Positions 36,813 to 47,661 are shown, numbered from the stretch's first letter. The stretch: 64,000 nt of DNA from Patescibacteria group bacterium (GCA_041649335.1 JBAZNF010000001.1:21285-85284), one strand, 5' to 3'. A program made the numbers and translations. Notes: a model not told the origin generated them from the sequence alone.

Positions 36813-39800
36813 ATGAGGGCGCGTACCAATAAAAATAAATTTTTTTTCGGGGCGTTATTCGGCTTTGTTGTCTTTGGGATATTGCTCGGTGCCGCACTCT
36901 GGCTGACCTCATCCCCGTCATTAGCCGTTACCGTCAACCCTAACTTGGGACCGACATTCGGTTTGGGTACGGCTGACCTGGAGTCCACGGTCATCAAGAT
37001 CATCCAGTGGGCGCTCGGGTTTCTGGGGCTGGTCGCCGTGATCATCATCATGTACGGAGGTTTTATCTGGATGACCGCGGCCGGCAACGAGGAAAAGGTA
37101 CGGAAGGCGAAAAAAATCATCACTCAGGCGGTGATCGGCCTGGTTATTATTATGTTAGCCTGGGCAATCGTGACTTTCATCATCGGCCGGCTGAACGGCA
37201 TCCTGAATGGGCCCGGCCAGCAGTTCTGTACTCCCGGCGCGCCGAACGGCTGTTATGATTGTAATGCAGCAGGTACTGCGTACTCTATTTTTGATCAAAC
37301 TAATGGCCCGCAGTGTGTCAGCGGTGATACGTTCCACAAGAAATGGGTTGACCCGGCGCCAAACGAGGATAATGTGCCGCTTTGCAGTATTGTCCAGGTG
37401 CAGTACAATGGGAATTTTGATGCCGGGAGCATCGCAGGAAATGTCGGTTTATATGTTAATTTGGCGACAAACGGCAATGGTGCCGCGTGTAATGCCGCGG
37501 ACGAATGCCGTTCCGGAGTATGTACGGCAAACGCGTGTGTCGGAGATGAAGTCGTCGGTACGTGGCAAGTGGTGGCGTCCAACCATTCATTTTTGGAATT
37601 TTTGCCAAATACGGATTATCTGGAAAACACCGAATATCGGGCGGAGATACGGGCTGGTGTAGCGGAAGAAGCGCCGGCGCGGACGACTGTGCCGTATACC
37701 TGGACATTCACCACCGGCACGACCACGCTGACGACGCCGCCGACAGTGACGCAGATCTACCCGGACGATAACGACACGGGTATTTGCCTGATGACGCCGG
37801 TTCAGGCGAAATTTTCCCAGAAGATGCGCGTGTCCTCAATAAATTCCGGGACAGTCTTGTTGCAGAGCGGCGCGCCGGTACTCCTCAGTACTTTCTCTTT
37901 CCCGACCGTAGCGTCATTCTCCACGAGACCGCAGGCGCCTCTGGTGCCGGATACGGATCATACTGTTACGATGATTGCCGGCACGCCAGGCGGAACCTGT
38001 TCGGTCGCGGGCCCAGGCTGTGACATAAAAAATAATTGCATTACCACATGCGGCGGTACCTGGACGTACAATACCGACGGTATCATGGACGTCTGTTTTA
38101 ACCACCTGGACGGCAACTACAGCGGCACGGATGACGGTTCGGCCGGCGGCGATGACTTTATGTCCATCAACGGCCAGCCTAATCCTGGTGATACTACGCC
38201 GTGGAGTTTCACTACGGATGCAGATACGACTAATACGAAATGTGTCCCGGAAATAACCAGCATTAACCCCGACAATGGTCAGTACAGTGATCCGGCGCCG
38301 GGCGCAGAAATCAGCGGGACGAATTTTGGCATCATCGGCAACGTTACATTCAATAGTGGAGTGTTGGATCAGCTGAATTGTTTTAACGGAGTAAATTGGC
38401 CGAACCAGAATTGCAATGTGTCATGGACCGGCAATACTATCCAAACCCGTATCCCCGGCGGTCCGATCAATTATGGCGGTATCATCCCGTCCAATGGCGC
38501 CAAGGACGGCGGAATAGTGGTGACTATTACGCCCGGCGTGTGTGAGGGCGGCAGCAATGACAATGGCGCGTGCACCGTGGCTAACCAGGCCGCGGACTGT
38601 CCCGGCGGTAAATGCATCGAAGACAGCAACGCCGTCGGTTTTGACGTAACCAGCCCGCAGATCGGGAAAGTGTCCGGATTGGACAAGGCTCCGCATGGCG
38701 GGATCGGACAGTACGTGACCGTTATCAAACGCAATGACAGCAACGCCGGATTTGGAGCAGTCCAGGGACAGGTATTTTTCCGCAACCGGCTGAATGGTGC
38801 GGAGGTAGTCGCGGAATTTCCGCCGGATCCGCCCTGTGATGCGAACTGGTCAGATACGCGCGTCATCATTAAAGTTCCGGATCTGTCAGCGATCGCTACA
38901 GCCTGCGTCGGAAATTGGGCGGCTTGTGTCAATACTGACTCTGAAGTAGCGGTGCAGGTCGTAAAATCTGACGGTACCCGCAGTAATCTGGCATATTTTA
39001 TATATACGAATGAGGCAGCCGGGCCGGGCCTATGTAAAGTTGATCCTGTTTGTGGGGTTGAGGGTACGGCAGTGGTATTGTCAGGAGAAAAATTTGACGG
39101 ACCGAACCCGCACAGCGTCAGTTTTGCTCTCGGGACCAATCCGCCCGTTACAGTGGCCCCGACCAGCTGGACTGATACAGACGTCGGCGCTGACGTCCCG
39201 AATTTGGACAATGCCGAGGACCCGTATGAGGTGAATGTTTCCAACGGCAACGGTGCCAGCAACAGTCTGCCGTTTGAAGTGCCGTGCGGCGGTGTGCCGA
39301 AAGTGGTGGAGACCACAGCATGCAGCCTGCACTGCGTGGGCGGAATCAACGACACCAAATCGTGTTTAAACGACGAATTTTGCGCGCCGGGCGGCGGATC
39401 ATGTATCCAGGACACGTTCCCGTCCCCGAACCCTTATAAGAACGCGACTAACGTCTGCCTGAACGCCGGATTCGGTGCCACGTTCAGCACCCTGATGGAC
39501 CATGCCACACTGAGTGATATCAACATTAAATTATACGATTGTACCGATAACACCTCCGCCTGCGCGACGACGAACGATATCACCCCGCCGCCGGGAAACT
39601 ATTCTGCTTCGGATACGGCTACGAATACCAGTTTCCAGTTTTTTCCGGTTGCCAACCTCACGTCAGACCATTACTACAAGGCGGTTATCAGCAAGGAAGT
39701 GCGCAGCACAACAAACGTTAAGATGGTGAATGATTACGCCTGGACCGTAAAAACACAGGCTGGTACTGACCTATGTCCGGTGACGGGCGTGCTGGTGACG

Positions 39801-42800
39801 CCGGCCAAGACAATCCTGGCCGCCATCGATCCTGATCCCGGATCAACGCAGGACTACGCTGCCGTACCGCTCGGGCCCAAATGTACGTTTATGAATCCCA
39901 ATGGGTACACATGGGGCTGGGACACGCTGCCGTTGGGTGTAGCCACGGTCGCGTCAGTATTGCCGCAGCCGCCGTATAATTCAACGGCCACGGCCATTGC
40001 CGAGGGCACGACCAAGGTCAGGGCGACTACAGAAGGGAAGACCGGGCAGGGGAGTTTGAGTATTATTTTAGATTATTGTGACGCTTCTACAGACTGCACA
40101 AAAGCCGGGCAGTGTCCGGGCAGTATCTGTGACATACCGACAAACCGCTGTACTCCGGTCATTACCGACCGCAACGGCGACGGCCAGGCTTTGTCTCCGG
40201 CCAGCGGCCCGCGCAGTCCTAATCCCGCCCAACCAGGTACGACTGTGACCATCGAGGGTTGTTATTTTGGTTCGTATGTCGTCGGATCCAGCCAGATTCA
40301 ATTTGCCGGGAATGACAGCATCTTCTTCTGTCCCAAACCATGGACGGACAGCCAGATCATCACGTCGGTTCCTGATACCGCACCGCTAGGCAATAACGCG
40401 GTGATCGTCCGGACCGCGGTTGGTTTGACCTCTCCTGGTGTTAATTTTACCGTGACCAATACATGCGAGGGTGGTGTACCGGTGCCCGCTACCGGTGTGC
40501 CCGGGATATGTTCGATTAGTCCGGCTACCGGCAGAAATTTAAGCCAGACGTCATTTAACGGGTATCAATTTACCAGTAATGGCGCGCCGCCGGTGGCAAA
40601 GGCGCAGTTTACACAGGACGGCGGCGGGTACACTGATTCAACAACAGGTTCCAGTGACGCTGCCGGGACAGTGTTTTCCGGGGCCACAGTGCCTGACAAT
40701 GCCGTCTCCGGACCAGCCCGGATGGCTGTGGAGGTCGCTCCAAACCAGTACTGTCCATCAAACAGCCTGACGTTCGGCGTGACCTGTTCGTCCAGTGACC
40801 AGTGCGGCACTGGCTGCTGCGCATACAGTAATTTAGTCCATGCTAAAATTTGCCAGGAGTTAGAAGCGTGCAGTCCGGGTACGCCGGGCACGACCTGCAA
40901 GCTTGACGATGCCGAGCATATAGCCGCTGATTTGTGCCAGCTCGGCAAGACCGTGTCCGGTACTGGGGATTATCGGTGTATTGATGCGGACAGTCATTTA
41001 ACACCGGATAGCCAGGGTACGCCGCCGGTGGTCAGTGGCCCATACCCACCCGGTGCATCAGCACCGTGTGTTACCTGTTGTTCAATGGATATCAATGGCG
41101 ACGGGAGCAACATACCCCAGACAAATACGGGAGGACTGAATTGTACCGCGGATATCGACGCCTGTTCCGGTGCAGGCAGCAACCGCGGCTTGTATTGCGG
41201 CTGCGCGTATGACGTCAATAACCCGGTACCGGGCGATACCCAGTGCGATGACGGAAGCGGGACGTTGGGTTGCGGCAGCAACACCTGTTGTTATGCCCGG
41301 CCACAGTTTACCGGCGTTACGCCGGCCGTACCGGCTCCGCCAAATGGACTTTTATGCCTGAATAATATTTTTACCTTCACCTTTGACCAGCCGATGGATG
41401 CCAGTTCGGTCATACCCGGGACGTCGGTAGAAATGATTGACAGCACAGCCACAAATATCAATATTACTGTTTTAAAAACGACAAACGGTTTTGTCATCAA
41501 GCCCGCGCAGGCGCTTACGCCAGGGCTATCGTATACAATCAGGCTGCGTCGCGACTTGATCAGGAGCAGCAAGGGTATTGCCTGGTCAGCTACGCCTAAT
41601 GACTGGCAGGCTTGGCAGTGGCCGGTAGATATCAATGCCACGATTTGCACGATAAATTCTATAGAATGGCTTTTTATAAAAAATCCTTTATTTAGCTATC
41701 CAGCTCCTGATTATTTCAATTGTTTTACTGATTCGTGCACTGATGACATGAATATTGGTCTCGTTGGAAATCAACATTGGGCTTTTGCCCAAGCACTTGA
41801 TAAGTACAGCAACCCGGTCAGCGCAAATTACAACTGGTCAATAGGAGACCCGACGATAGCGACGGTGGATCCAGCCCAGCACACTTTTTTTAATGATAAT
41901 TTAACAGCCCAGCAGCAGAATGGTCGGACGTCGGTGAATGTCGAAGCAGTGCCGGACTATTTCACCGGTACCAAGACGTCATCCGCCAGAGTGACGGTCA
42001 ATGCGTGCGAGCATCCCTGGCCGAATCCGTTTCCGCCGGAGAATGACACGTTCCCGTATATTGATAACGCCACCCACTTTTCTATTTCGTATTGCCGAGA
42101 CCCCGGCGAGCTACCGTTATTGGCTCCGACCGGTGACGTAGTGGTCAAGGATGGCACCTATCTGCCGGGGAACAAGAAGAACGAGCGGATCAAGGAATTT
42201 TTCTTCACCCGTAACGGGACGGATGACGCCATCGGTATTTTGGTATATGAGAATGAAGGCAACCAGTCGCCTCGTGACTGGTATTTCAGCCAGTTCGGCC
42301 CAGCCGCACCGGAACCCCAGGACCTGACCGTGGACGGGTATCCGGCTGTCCGGGCCGGTACGACGGTTTACGTGTCCGCCTGGAATGCCGTTGGCGCTAA
42401 CGTCGGTGACCGGCTGTACCCGAATATTTACCTGATTTCATACAATGAAGACGCTTCTGACGAGACGGTGGCTATTTATAACCGGATGATCAGTAACTGG
42501 GAATTTACCATCAACATCGGCCTGTCGGAAAAAGAGCAGATGCTGCGCGATATGCGGCGGGTGACGGACCTCACGGCCATATACGCGAAACTGATGACGT
42601 ACCGGACCGATAAGGGGATTTTTCCAAAACTTGAGGGTGGATCATACGTGAAGATGCTGTCCACCTCCAAATGGCCGTCGTGGCAGGATACGCTCGGTAC
42701 CGCAATAAACGGTAACCTGCCCAAAGATCCGATCGACAAGTTTGCCGTCCCTGACCCGCTGATGTGCACGGCCGCAAACCATTATGACCAGACTACCTGC

Positions 42801-45800
42801 TGGAGCGATACCCAAAAAAGATACGAATGTCCGGCCGACTCATTTGTCTATCAATATATGGGCAGTGCGGACGGCAGTATGGCCAGCCTGTTCGCGCATT
42901 TGGAATACCTCCATTACTTAAATGGCGGGTGGTACATCGGCGCTGATCCGGTGTCGGACGTCTGCAATGGCCTGTCCGAAGCGGAATGCCCGTGTTTCAA
43001 CTATGAATATAATGTCACCGGTTCAGCCACGGATCATGACGGTCCGGACATCATCGCCGTTGATTCGCTGGTGCTGAACCAGAACACGACCGTGTCGGGC
43101 ACGCGGGCGCTGGACGTGACGGTCAGTGACGCAGGATCCGGCGTCAATCGGGTGTTATTCTACATTGACGGCATCCTGAACTACACGGATACGGATAACG
43201 CCGTCTGGAGCTGGGATTTCAACACCAGTCAGTATACGGACGGCAGCCATACGGTCCGTGTCCGGGCCTATGACAATGCCGGTAACCTGACTGACGGGGA
43301 TTATGCTATCAATATCGACAACAGCGGCCAACCGGATTCTACCGCGCCGTTTGTGACCATCACCACGCCGCAAGACGGGACGACAGTATCGAACCGCAAC
43401 GTCACCTACAGTCCCGATAAATGGATTACGGCGGGAGGGGTCGAGGGCATAGAGGCGTCAAATACCGGGTCAATATTCTGGGTGAACTACCCAGTCGGAA
43501 CATCTTCGTTAAACCGGGTTGATGCCGACCTGACCTTGAGTACATTGCTCAATTCGTTTAATTATCCCAACCCTGATTTGACGTTGAATTTAACACCAGG
43601 GAACAGGGTTTTATATTGGGTAGGCAAAGACAGGTCAACCGGTGATATGCTGGTGACATATACCCCCGATCCTAATGTTGACAGACGAAAAATATTGCGC
43701 ATTCCGGCCGGCGCCGCTCCCAATACCCCGCCAACTTCCATCTATTATTTTACCGGTCCTGGCTTCGATTGGCGCGGCTTTACCCATGCGGTCGGGGCGC
43801 CGGACGGTAAAATTATTGCGGTGATATATTTCCATCAGCTCGCTGTGTATAATCCGAGTACGGGCGTAATTGAGCATTTCCTCGACACGGGCGGACAGAT
43901 TGGCGGTATCGATACTGATAGTGCGGGAAATATTTATATTACACGGGCAACCAACCCCGGCGGCGTGTATAAGTATGACCAGAATTTAAATCTAATCGGC
44001 AGTATTACAAATGCCACCTTTAATCTGCCGATCGGATTAGCCGTCGACGGCCAAACTATTTATGTGGCAAATCAGAATTCTCATGACATTGTCGCGGTGG
44101 ACACCAGCCTGACCAAAGTGGTGCACGTGTTCGGCGAAGCCGGCGTACCGGGCAATGATTTGGCGCACTTGAGTTCTCCGCAGGATGTCACGGTATTCGG
44201 CAATAATTTGTATATTTCTGATCTCATGAACGCGCGCATCCTCCGGGTGAAGACGCTGATCAGCTATGGCGTGCAGATCAACGCGCTGGCTACCGATAAC
44301 CGGCAGGTTTCAAGTGTTAATTTTTCCATCAGGGACGTGGGCAATAATTTAGTTGATGCGTACTCCTGTACCGGCAATACGACCACGACGCTTAGCTGTT
44401 CTTTTGCCCCGCCGTGGGATTCTACCCAGGTACCGAACGGTCCGTATACTATTACTGCCCTGGCGGCGGATAACAGCGGGCATACCGGATCGACGTCCGT
44501 AACCGTCAATGTTGATAATCTGGATCCGATCCGGCCGGTGGTCACATTTGACCAGTCCATACCCGGTCTCTGCGCCGAGGGAACATGCCAAAACAGCGGA
44601 GTCCCGTGTGATTATCTTAATCAGTGCGGCGGCGGGGAATTGTGCGTGTTCAGCGTGGCCTGCGACCAGACGAATACACCCGCTGTCTGCAGCAATAATT
44701 TTAATAACCAGATGTGCTTGCGAAGCGGTTCAGTTACTATACCGGTCTCGGCTACCGACAATAAACAGGTCAACGAGGTGAAATTTTATGTAGACGGGCT
44801 GTTCATGAGCAATGGCATCCATCAGCCGGGGACGTGTGTTACGGGCGGACAGGCATGTACGTCAGATGCTGATTGTACCGCCCCAGATACGTGTGATTTG
44901 GATAATTGGAGCTGGAATTGGGACTCCCAAGGTTACTCAAAAGGCGTGTGCGCCAGCCATTGCAGCGTTACGCTCGGCCAGATGTGCGTCGCCAGCAGCG
45001 ATTGCCCGGCCAATGAGGTGTGCGTCGCGGCCAATGGAATCGGATTGGAGTGCAATGCTGACAGTGAATGCAATCCCGGCCTGACCTGCCCCGGCCACCA
45101 GGTGGTAGCGTATGCTTATGATGATGCCAGGAATATCGGCACGGACACGATGTTCATCCCGGTCGACGTGGCGCAGGACGACGCAGAACCGCCGACGGTC
45201 AGTTTTATCCCGCCGACGCCCAATGAAGGGACGTCCATTGATAACTCTATTTTAGTGCGCGTACAGGCTGATGATAATTATGGCGTCAATCGGGTGAATT
45301 TCTATATGGACCATGTACTGCGGTACACTGCTCTGGCCGGGCAGGCGACAGAATGGACCGTTGATACGACGTCGGTTCCCGACGGATGGCATTCGTTCCA
45401 GGTGGACGCACTGGACGCCCGCGGCAATCGCAGCACAAGTATCGAACGGAATTATAACGTCCGCGGACCCGGCGGCCCCTTGATTACCGATCCGTTTATT
45501 ACGCCGGACACCGGCCCACTGGGAACTGTGTATACCATATATGCCAACGTGACGGATTATGACGGCGTTGACAGCGTCGTCGTGCCAATCCAAAGCCCCG
45601 ACGAAACGGATTTGGCTCCTCCGGTGCTTATCACGCTGGGGTTAGTCTCTGGCGATAATATTTCCGGGTTATACAGCGGTACCTGGACGTCAACTGTGGT
45701 AGCGGCATTGTGGGTGGACGTGCAGGCTCGCGACATACTTGGTAACACCTCGGAATACGAGAATATCCCCGGCCGGCCGGCCTGCGACAACAACGGGACC

Positions 45801-46316
45801 TGCGACAGTCCGGTGGAAACCAACGCGAATTGTCCGCTTGACTGTCCGGCCACGTACCCGGTGATTACTAGCGTTTTGTCTGCCTCGGGCCAGGTCGGTA
45901 TCGCGTTTAGCTACCAGATTATTGCCACGAACGGTCCAAACACGTTTACCGCGACAAATTTGCCAAACGGGCTTACGGTCAATGCGGCCGGGCTGATCAG
46001 CGGTACGCCGGCCGTCGGATCAAATGCCACCTATACGGTTCCGCTGACTGCCACTAATGCATTTGGCACAGATACAAAAAACCTGACCCTGGTCATCCAG
46101 GGACCATGTGTGGCGCACAGCGCCGGCCCATGTACAGGCGCCCTGACCGGCAATGACAACTGTTGCCTCTCAAGTGATTTCTGTAATCATAACGGGACAA
46201 AGACATATACCGCTGACGATACCTGTAGTAGTAAAAAAATTCCGGGGTCGCCTTGCGATTATTGGTTTTGGTGCATTTCAGATGAATGCAGTTTCTTGAC
46301 AAAACGATGTTTATAA
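36813..46316 (+). CDS. Giant (3167 aa) surface protein: VirB2/TrbC-like pilin N-terminus, Ig-like (Big_5, IPT/TIG, Big_3-like) domains, NHL propeller, Cys-rich modules, He_PIG-like domain
   Basis: Uninterrupted ORF; GGFIWMTAAGNEEKV..AKK pilin signature; WTFTT/WSFTT Ig ends; repeated ITSINP/GTNFG/SWT TIG motifs; PIGLAVDG/SPQDV NHL; LPNGLTVNAAGLISGTP. Confidence 0.85.
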   Translation: MRARTNKNKFFFGALFGFVVFGILLGAALWLTSSPSLAVTVNPNLGPTFGLGTADLESTVIKIIQWALGFLGLVAVIIIMYGGFIWMTAAGNEEKVRKAKKIITQAVIGLVIIMLAWAIVTFIIGRLNGILNGPGQQFCTPGAPNGCYDCNAAGTAYSIFDQTNGPQCVSGDTFHKKWVDPAPNEDNVPLCSIVQVQYNGNFDAGSIAGNVGLYVNLATNGNGAACNAADECRSGVCTANACVGDEVVGTWQVVASNHSFLEFLPNTDYLENTEYRAEIRAGVAEEAPARTTVPYTWTFTTGTTTLTTPPTVTQIYPDDNDTGICLMTPVQAKFSQKMRVSSINSGTVLLQSGAPVLLSTFSFPTVASFSTRPQAPLVPDTDHTVTMIAGTPGGTCSVAGPGCDIKNNCITTCGGTWTYNTDGIMDVCFNHLDGNYSGTDDGSAGGDDFMSINGQPNPGDTTPWSFTTDADTTNTKCVPEITSINPDNGQYSDPAPGAEISGTNFGIIGNVTFNSGVLDQLNCFNGVNWPNQNCNVSWTGNTIQTRIPGGPINYGGIIPSNGAKDGGIVVTITPGVCEGGSNDNGACTVANQAADCPGGKCIEDSNAVGFDVTSPQIGKVSGLDKAPHGGIGQYVTVIKRNDSNAGFGAVQGQVFFRNRLNGAEVVAEFPPDPPCDANWSDTRVIIKVPDLSAIATACVGNWAACVNTDSEVAVQVVKSDGTRSNLAYFIYTNEAAGPGLCKVDPVCGVEGTAVVLSGEKFDGPNPHSVSFALGTNPPVTVAPTSWTDTDVGADVPNLDNAEDPYEVNVSNGNGASNSLPFEVPCGGVPKVVETTACSLHCVGGINDTKSCLNDEFCAPGGGSCIQDTFPSPNPYKNATNVCLNAGFGATFSTLMDHATLSDINIKLYDCTDNTSACATTNDITPPPGNYSASDTATNTSFQFFPVANLTSDHYYKAVISKEVRSTTNVKMVNDYAWTVKTQAGTDLCPVTGVLVTPAKTILAAIDPDPGSTQDYAAVPLGPKCTFMNPNGYTWGWDTLPLGVATVASVLPQPPYNSTATAIAEGTTKVRATTEGKTGQGSLSIILDYCDASTDCTKAGQCPGSICDIPTNRCTPVITDRNGDGQALSPASGPRSPNPAQPGTTVTIEGCYFGSYVVGSSQIQFAGNDSIFFCPKPWTDSQIITSVPDTAPLGNNAVIVRTAVGLTSPGVNFTVTNTCEGGVPVPATGVPGICSISPATGRNLSQTSFNGYQFTSNGAPPVAKAQFTQDGGGYTDSTTGSSDAAGTVFSGATVPDNAVSGPARMAVEVAPNQYCPSNSLTFGVTCSSSDQCGTGCCAYSNLVHAKICQELEACSPGTPGTTCKLDDAEHIAADLCQLGKTVSGTGDYRCIDADSHLTPDSQGTPPVVSGPYPPGASAPCVTCCSMDINGDGSNIPQTNTGGLNCTADIDACSGAGSNRGLYCGCAYDVNNPVPGDTQCDDGSGTLGCGSNTCCYARPQFTGVTPAVPAPPNGLLCLNNIFTFTFDQPMDASSVIPGTSVEMIDSTATNINITVLKTTNGFVIKPAQALTPGLSYTIRLRRDLIRSSKGIAWSATPNDWQAWQWPVDINATICTINSIEWLFIKNPLFSYPAPDYFNCFTDSCTDDMNIGLVGNQHWAFAQALDKYSNPVSANYNWSIGDPTIATVDPAQHTFFNDNLTAQQQNGRTSVNVEAVPDYFTGTKTSSARVTVNACEHPWPNPFPPENDTFPYIDNATHFSISYCRDPGELPLLAPTGDVVVKDGTYLPGNKKNERIKEFFFTRNGTDDAIGILVYENEGNQSPRDWYFSQFGPAAPEPQDLTVDGYPAVRAGTTVYVSAWNAVGANVGDRLYPNIYLISYNEDASDETVAIYNRMISNWEFTINIGLSEKEQMLRDMRRVTDLTAIYAKLMTYRTDKGIFPKLEGGSYVKMLSTSKWPSWQDTLGTAINGNLPKDPIDKFAVPDPLMCTAANHYDQTTCWSDTQKRYECPADSFVYQYMGSADGSMASLFAHLEYLHYLNGGWYIGADPVSDVCNGLSEAECPCFNYEYNVTGSATDHDGPDIIAVDSLVLNQNTTVSGTRALDVTVSDAGSGVNRVLFYIDGILNYTDTDNAVWSWDFNTSQYTDGSHTVRVRAYDNAGNLTDGDYAINIDNSGQPDSTAPFVTITTPQDGTTVSNRNVTYSPDKWITAGGVEGIEASNTGSIFWVNYPVGTSSLNRVDADLTLSTLLNSFNYPNPDLTLNLTPGNRVLYWVGKDRSTGDMLVTYTPDPNVDRRKILRIPAGAAPNTPPTSIYYFTGPGFDWRGFTHAVGAPDGKIIAVIYFHQLAVYNPSTGVIEHFLDTGGQIGGIDTDSAGNIYITRATNPGGVYKYDQNLNLIGSITNATFNLPIGLAVDGQTIYVANQNSHDIVAVDTSLTKVVHVFGEAGVPGNDLAHLSSPQDVTVFGNNLYISDLMNARILRVKTLISYGVQINALATDNRQVSSVNFSIRDVGNNLVDAYSCTGNTTTTLSCSFAPPWDSTQVPNGPYTITALAADNSGHTGSTSVTVNVDNLDPIRPVVTFDQSIPGLCAEGTCQNSGVPCDYLNQCGGGELCVFSVACDQTNTPAVCSNNFNNQMCLRSGSVTIPVSATDNKQVNEVKFYVDGLFMSNGIHQPGTCVTGGQACTSDADCTAPDTCDLDNWSWNWDSQGYSKGVCASHCSVTLGQMCVASSDCPANEVCVAANGIGLECNADSECNPGLTCPGHQVVAYAYDDARNIGTDTMFIPVDVAQDDAEPPTVSFIPPTPNEGTSIDNSILVRVQADDNYGVNRVNFYMDHVLRYTALAGQATEWTVDTTSVPDGWHSFQVDALDARGNRSTSIERNYNVRGPGGPLITDPFITPDTGPLGTVYTIYANVTDYDGVDSVVVPIQSPDETDLAPPVLITLGLVSGDNISGLYSGTWTSTVVAALWVDVQARDILGNTSEYENIPGRPACDNNGTCDSPVETNANCPLDCPATYPVITSVLSASGQVGIAFSYQIIATNGPNTFTATNLPNGLTVNAAGLISGTPAVGSNATYTVPLTATNAFGTDTKNLTLVIQGPCVAHSAGPCTGALTGNDNCCLSSDFCNHNGTKTYTADDTCSSKKIPGSPCDYWFWCISDECSFLTKRCL

Positions 46317-46356
46317 AAATTTAATGACGATATAATTATTAATATTTAATACACGT

Positions 46357-47649
46357 ATGAAAAAATTAATGAATGGGTTGGTTATCTTAACAATAGTTGG
46401 CGTCATGTCGGTTGTGGGCATCAGCATAGCCCGGGCTGATACGCAGCCAAGCATCGAGGTGTATGACCCGAGTGATACTGCCGGACCGACATTATCGAGC
46501 ACTGTCGTCAGTCCGACCCAGATCAATCAGGGGCAGTCGCTCAGTATTACCGTAACAGCTGAGGACGTTTCCGGCGTCAGGACGGCTATCGCCAATATCA
46601 AGAGTTCGGTCGGTGCCGTGAAGGCGATTATTCAGCTGTATGACGACGGCAAACATAATGACGGCCAGTCTGGCGATGGCGTGTTTGCCAGTACGTGGAA
46701 TTCAGGCACGAATCAGGATGACAATTATTCAGTGGACATCCAGCTGGCAGACATCTTTGGCCATCCGACCATTGGGTCAAACGCCGCAAGCTTCGTGATT
46801 GGCGCCGGCGCCTCGAATTCCAATACCAACACGACTAATGCAAATACCAACACTTCGGACACCACCGCTCCGGTTATTGCTATCACGTCGCCAAATGAAG
46901 GCGCTGACATCGGTACGTCAAGTATTGATGTGTACGCCAACGCCACAGATCCGGAAAGTACGGTGACAAAAGTTGATTTTTATCTGGACAGCGAGTCGGC
47001 ACCGCACGATACGCAGAATTTTGATCAGCCGTCAGGTAGCGGCGATTACATCTGGGTACTGAATGTCGCATCGCTATCCACAGGATCTCATGTATTGCGG
47101 GCAGTCGCGACCAATGGCGTCGGCCTGACTGCTTCCGCGACGCGGACGATTAACGTTACGTATACCAGCAGCGCCCCGGTGGTGACTATCATCAGCCCGT
47201 TATCTGGTTCGTTTAATGTCGGGACGCCAATTGACGTGAATGTCAGTGCCACCGATGCCACTGACATCACTCGGATTGAGCTGTATACCTCAAAATATGG
47301 CGGCCCGCTGGCAAGTGTTGATATTACTGGTTCGGCGGATACTAATGTTACCACGACTTTGCACATCAATTTGGCGGGCGATATTGCCATGGGAACAGCG
47401 CAGAAATCTGACCTGGCGGTCAAGTGGCCACGATTCCGTTTGCCGTTCGTTTCAGTGGCTGATGCCGCCACCAGTTATAATGTCAATGGTAGTTGTACCA
47501 CGACCACGATCACGGACGACAAGTCAATTTATGCCATGGCGTATAATGCCAGCCTAAGCGCGAATTCCGGTTATGTGACCTATTCCGTCTGGTCTTCCTC
47601 GACATCCTGCACGAACACGGCATCGTCGTCTTCCTCCTCCGCCTCTTAA
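46357..47649 (+). CDS. Secreted Ig-like domain protein with choice-of-anchor-X-like domain
   Basis: Signal peptide, LYDDGKHNDGQSGDGVF and two PV(I/V)xIxSP Ig repeats. Confidence 0.75.
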   Translation: MKKLMNGLVILTIVGVMSVVGISIARADTQPSIEVYDPSDTAGPTLSSTVVSPTQINQGQSLSITVTAEDVSGVRTAIANIKSSVGAVKAIIQLYDDGKHNDGQSGDGVFASTWNSGTNQDDNYSVDIQLADIFGHPTIGSNAASFVIGAGASNSNTNTTNANTNTSDTTAPVIAITSPNEGADIGTSSIDVYANATDPESTVTKVDFYLDSESAPHDTQNFDQPSGSGDYIWVLNVASLSTGSHVLRAVATNGVGLTASATRTINVTYTSSAPVVTIISPLSGSFNVGTPIDVNVSATDATDITRIELYTSKYGGPLASVDITGSADTNVTTTLHINLAGDIAMGTAQKSDLAVKWPRFRLPFVSVADAATSYNVNGSCTTTTITDDKSIYAMAYNASLSANSGYVTYSVWSSSTSCTNTASSSSSSAS

Positions 47650-47661
47650 TAACGGTATTTC

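Noticed and set aside
38471-39415. Long minus-strand ORFs inside the giant gene (also 26514..27257, 28950..29645 and 51984..52670 opposite other genes)
   Set aside because: Antisense shadows of well-supported genes with no independent motifs
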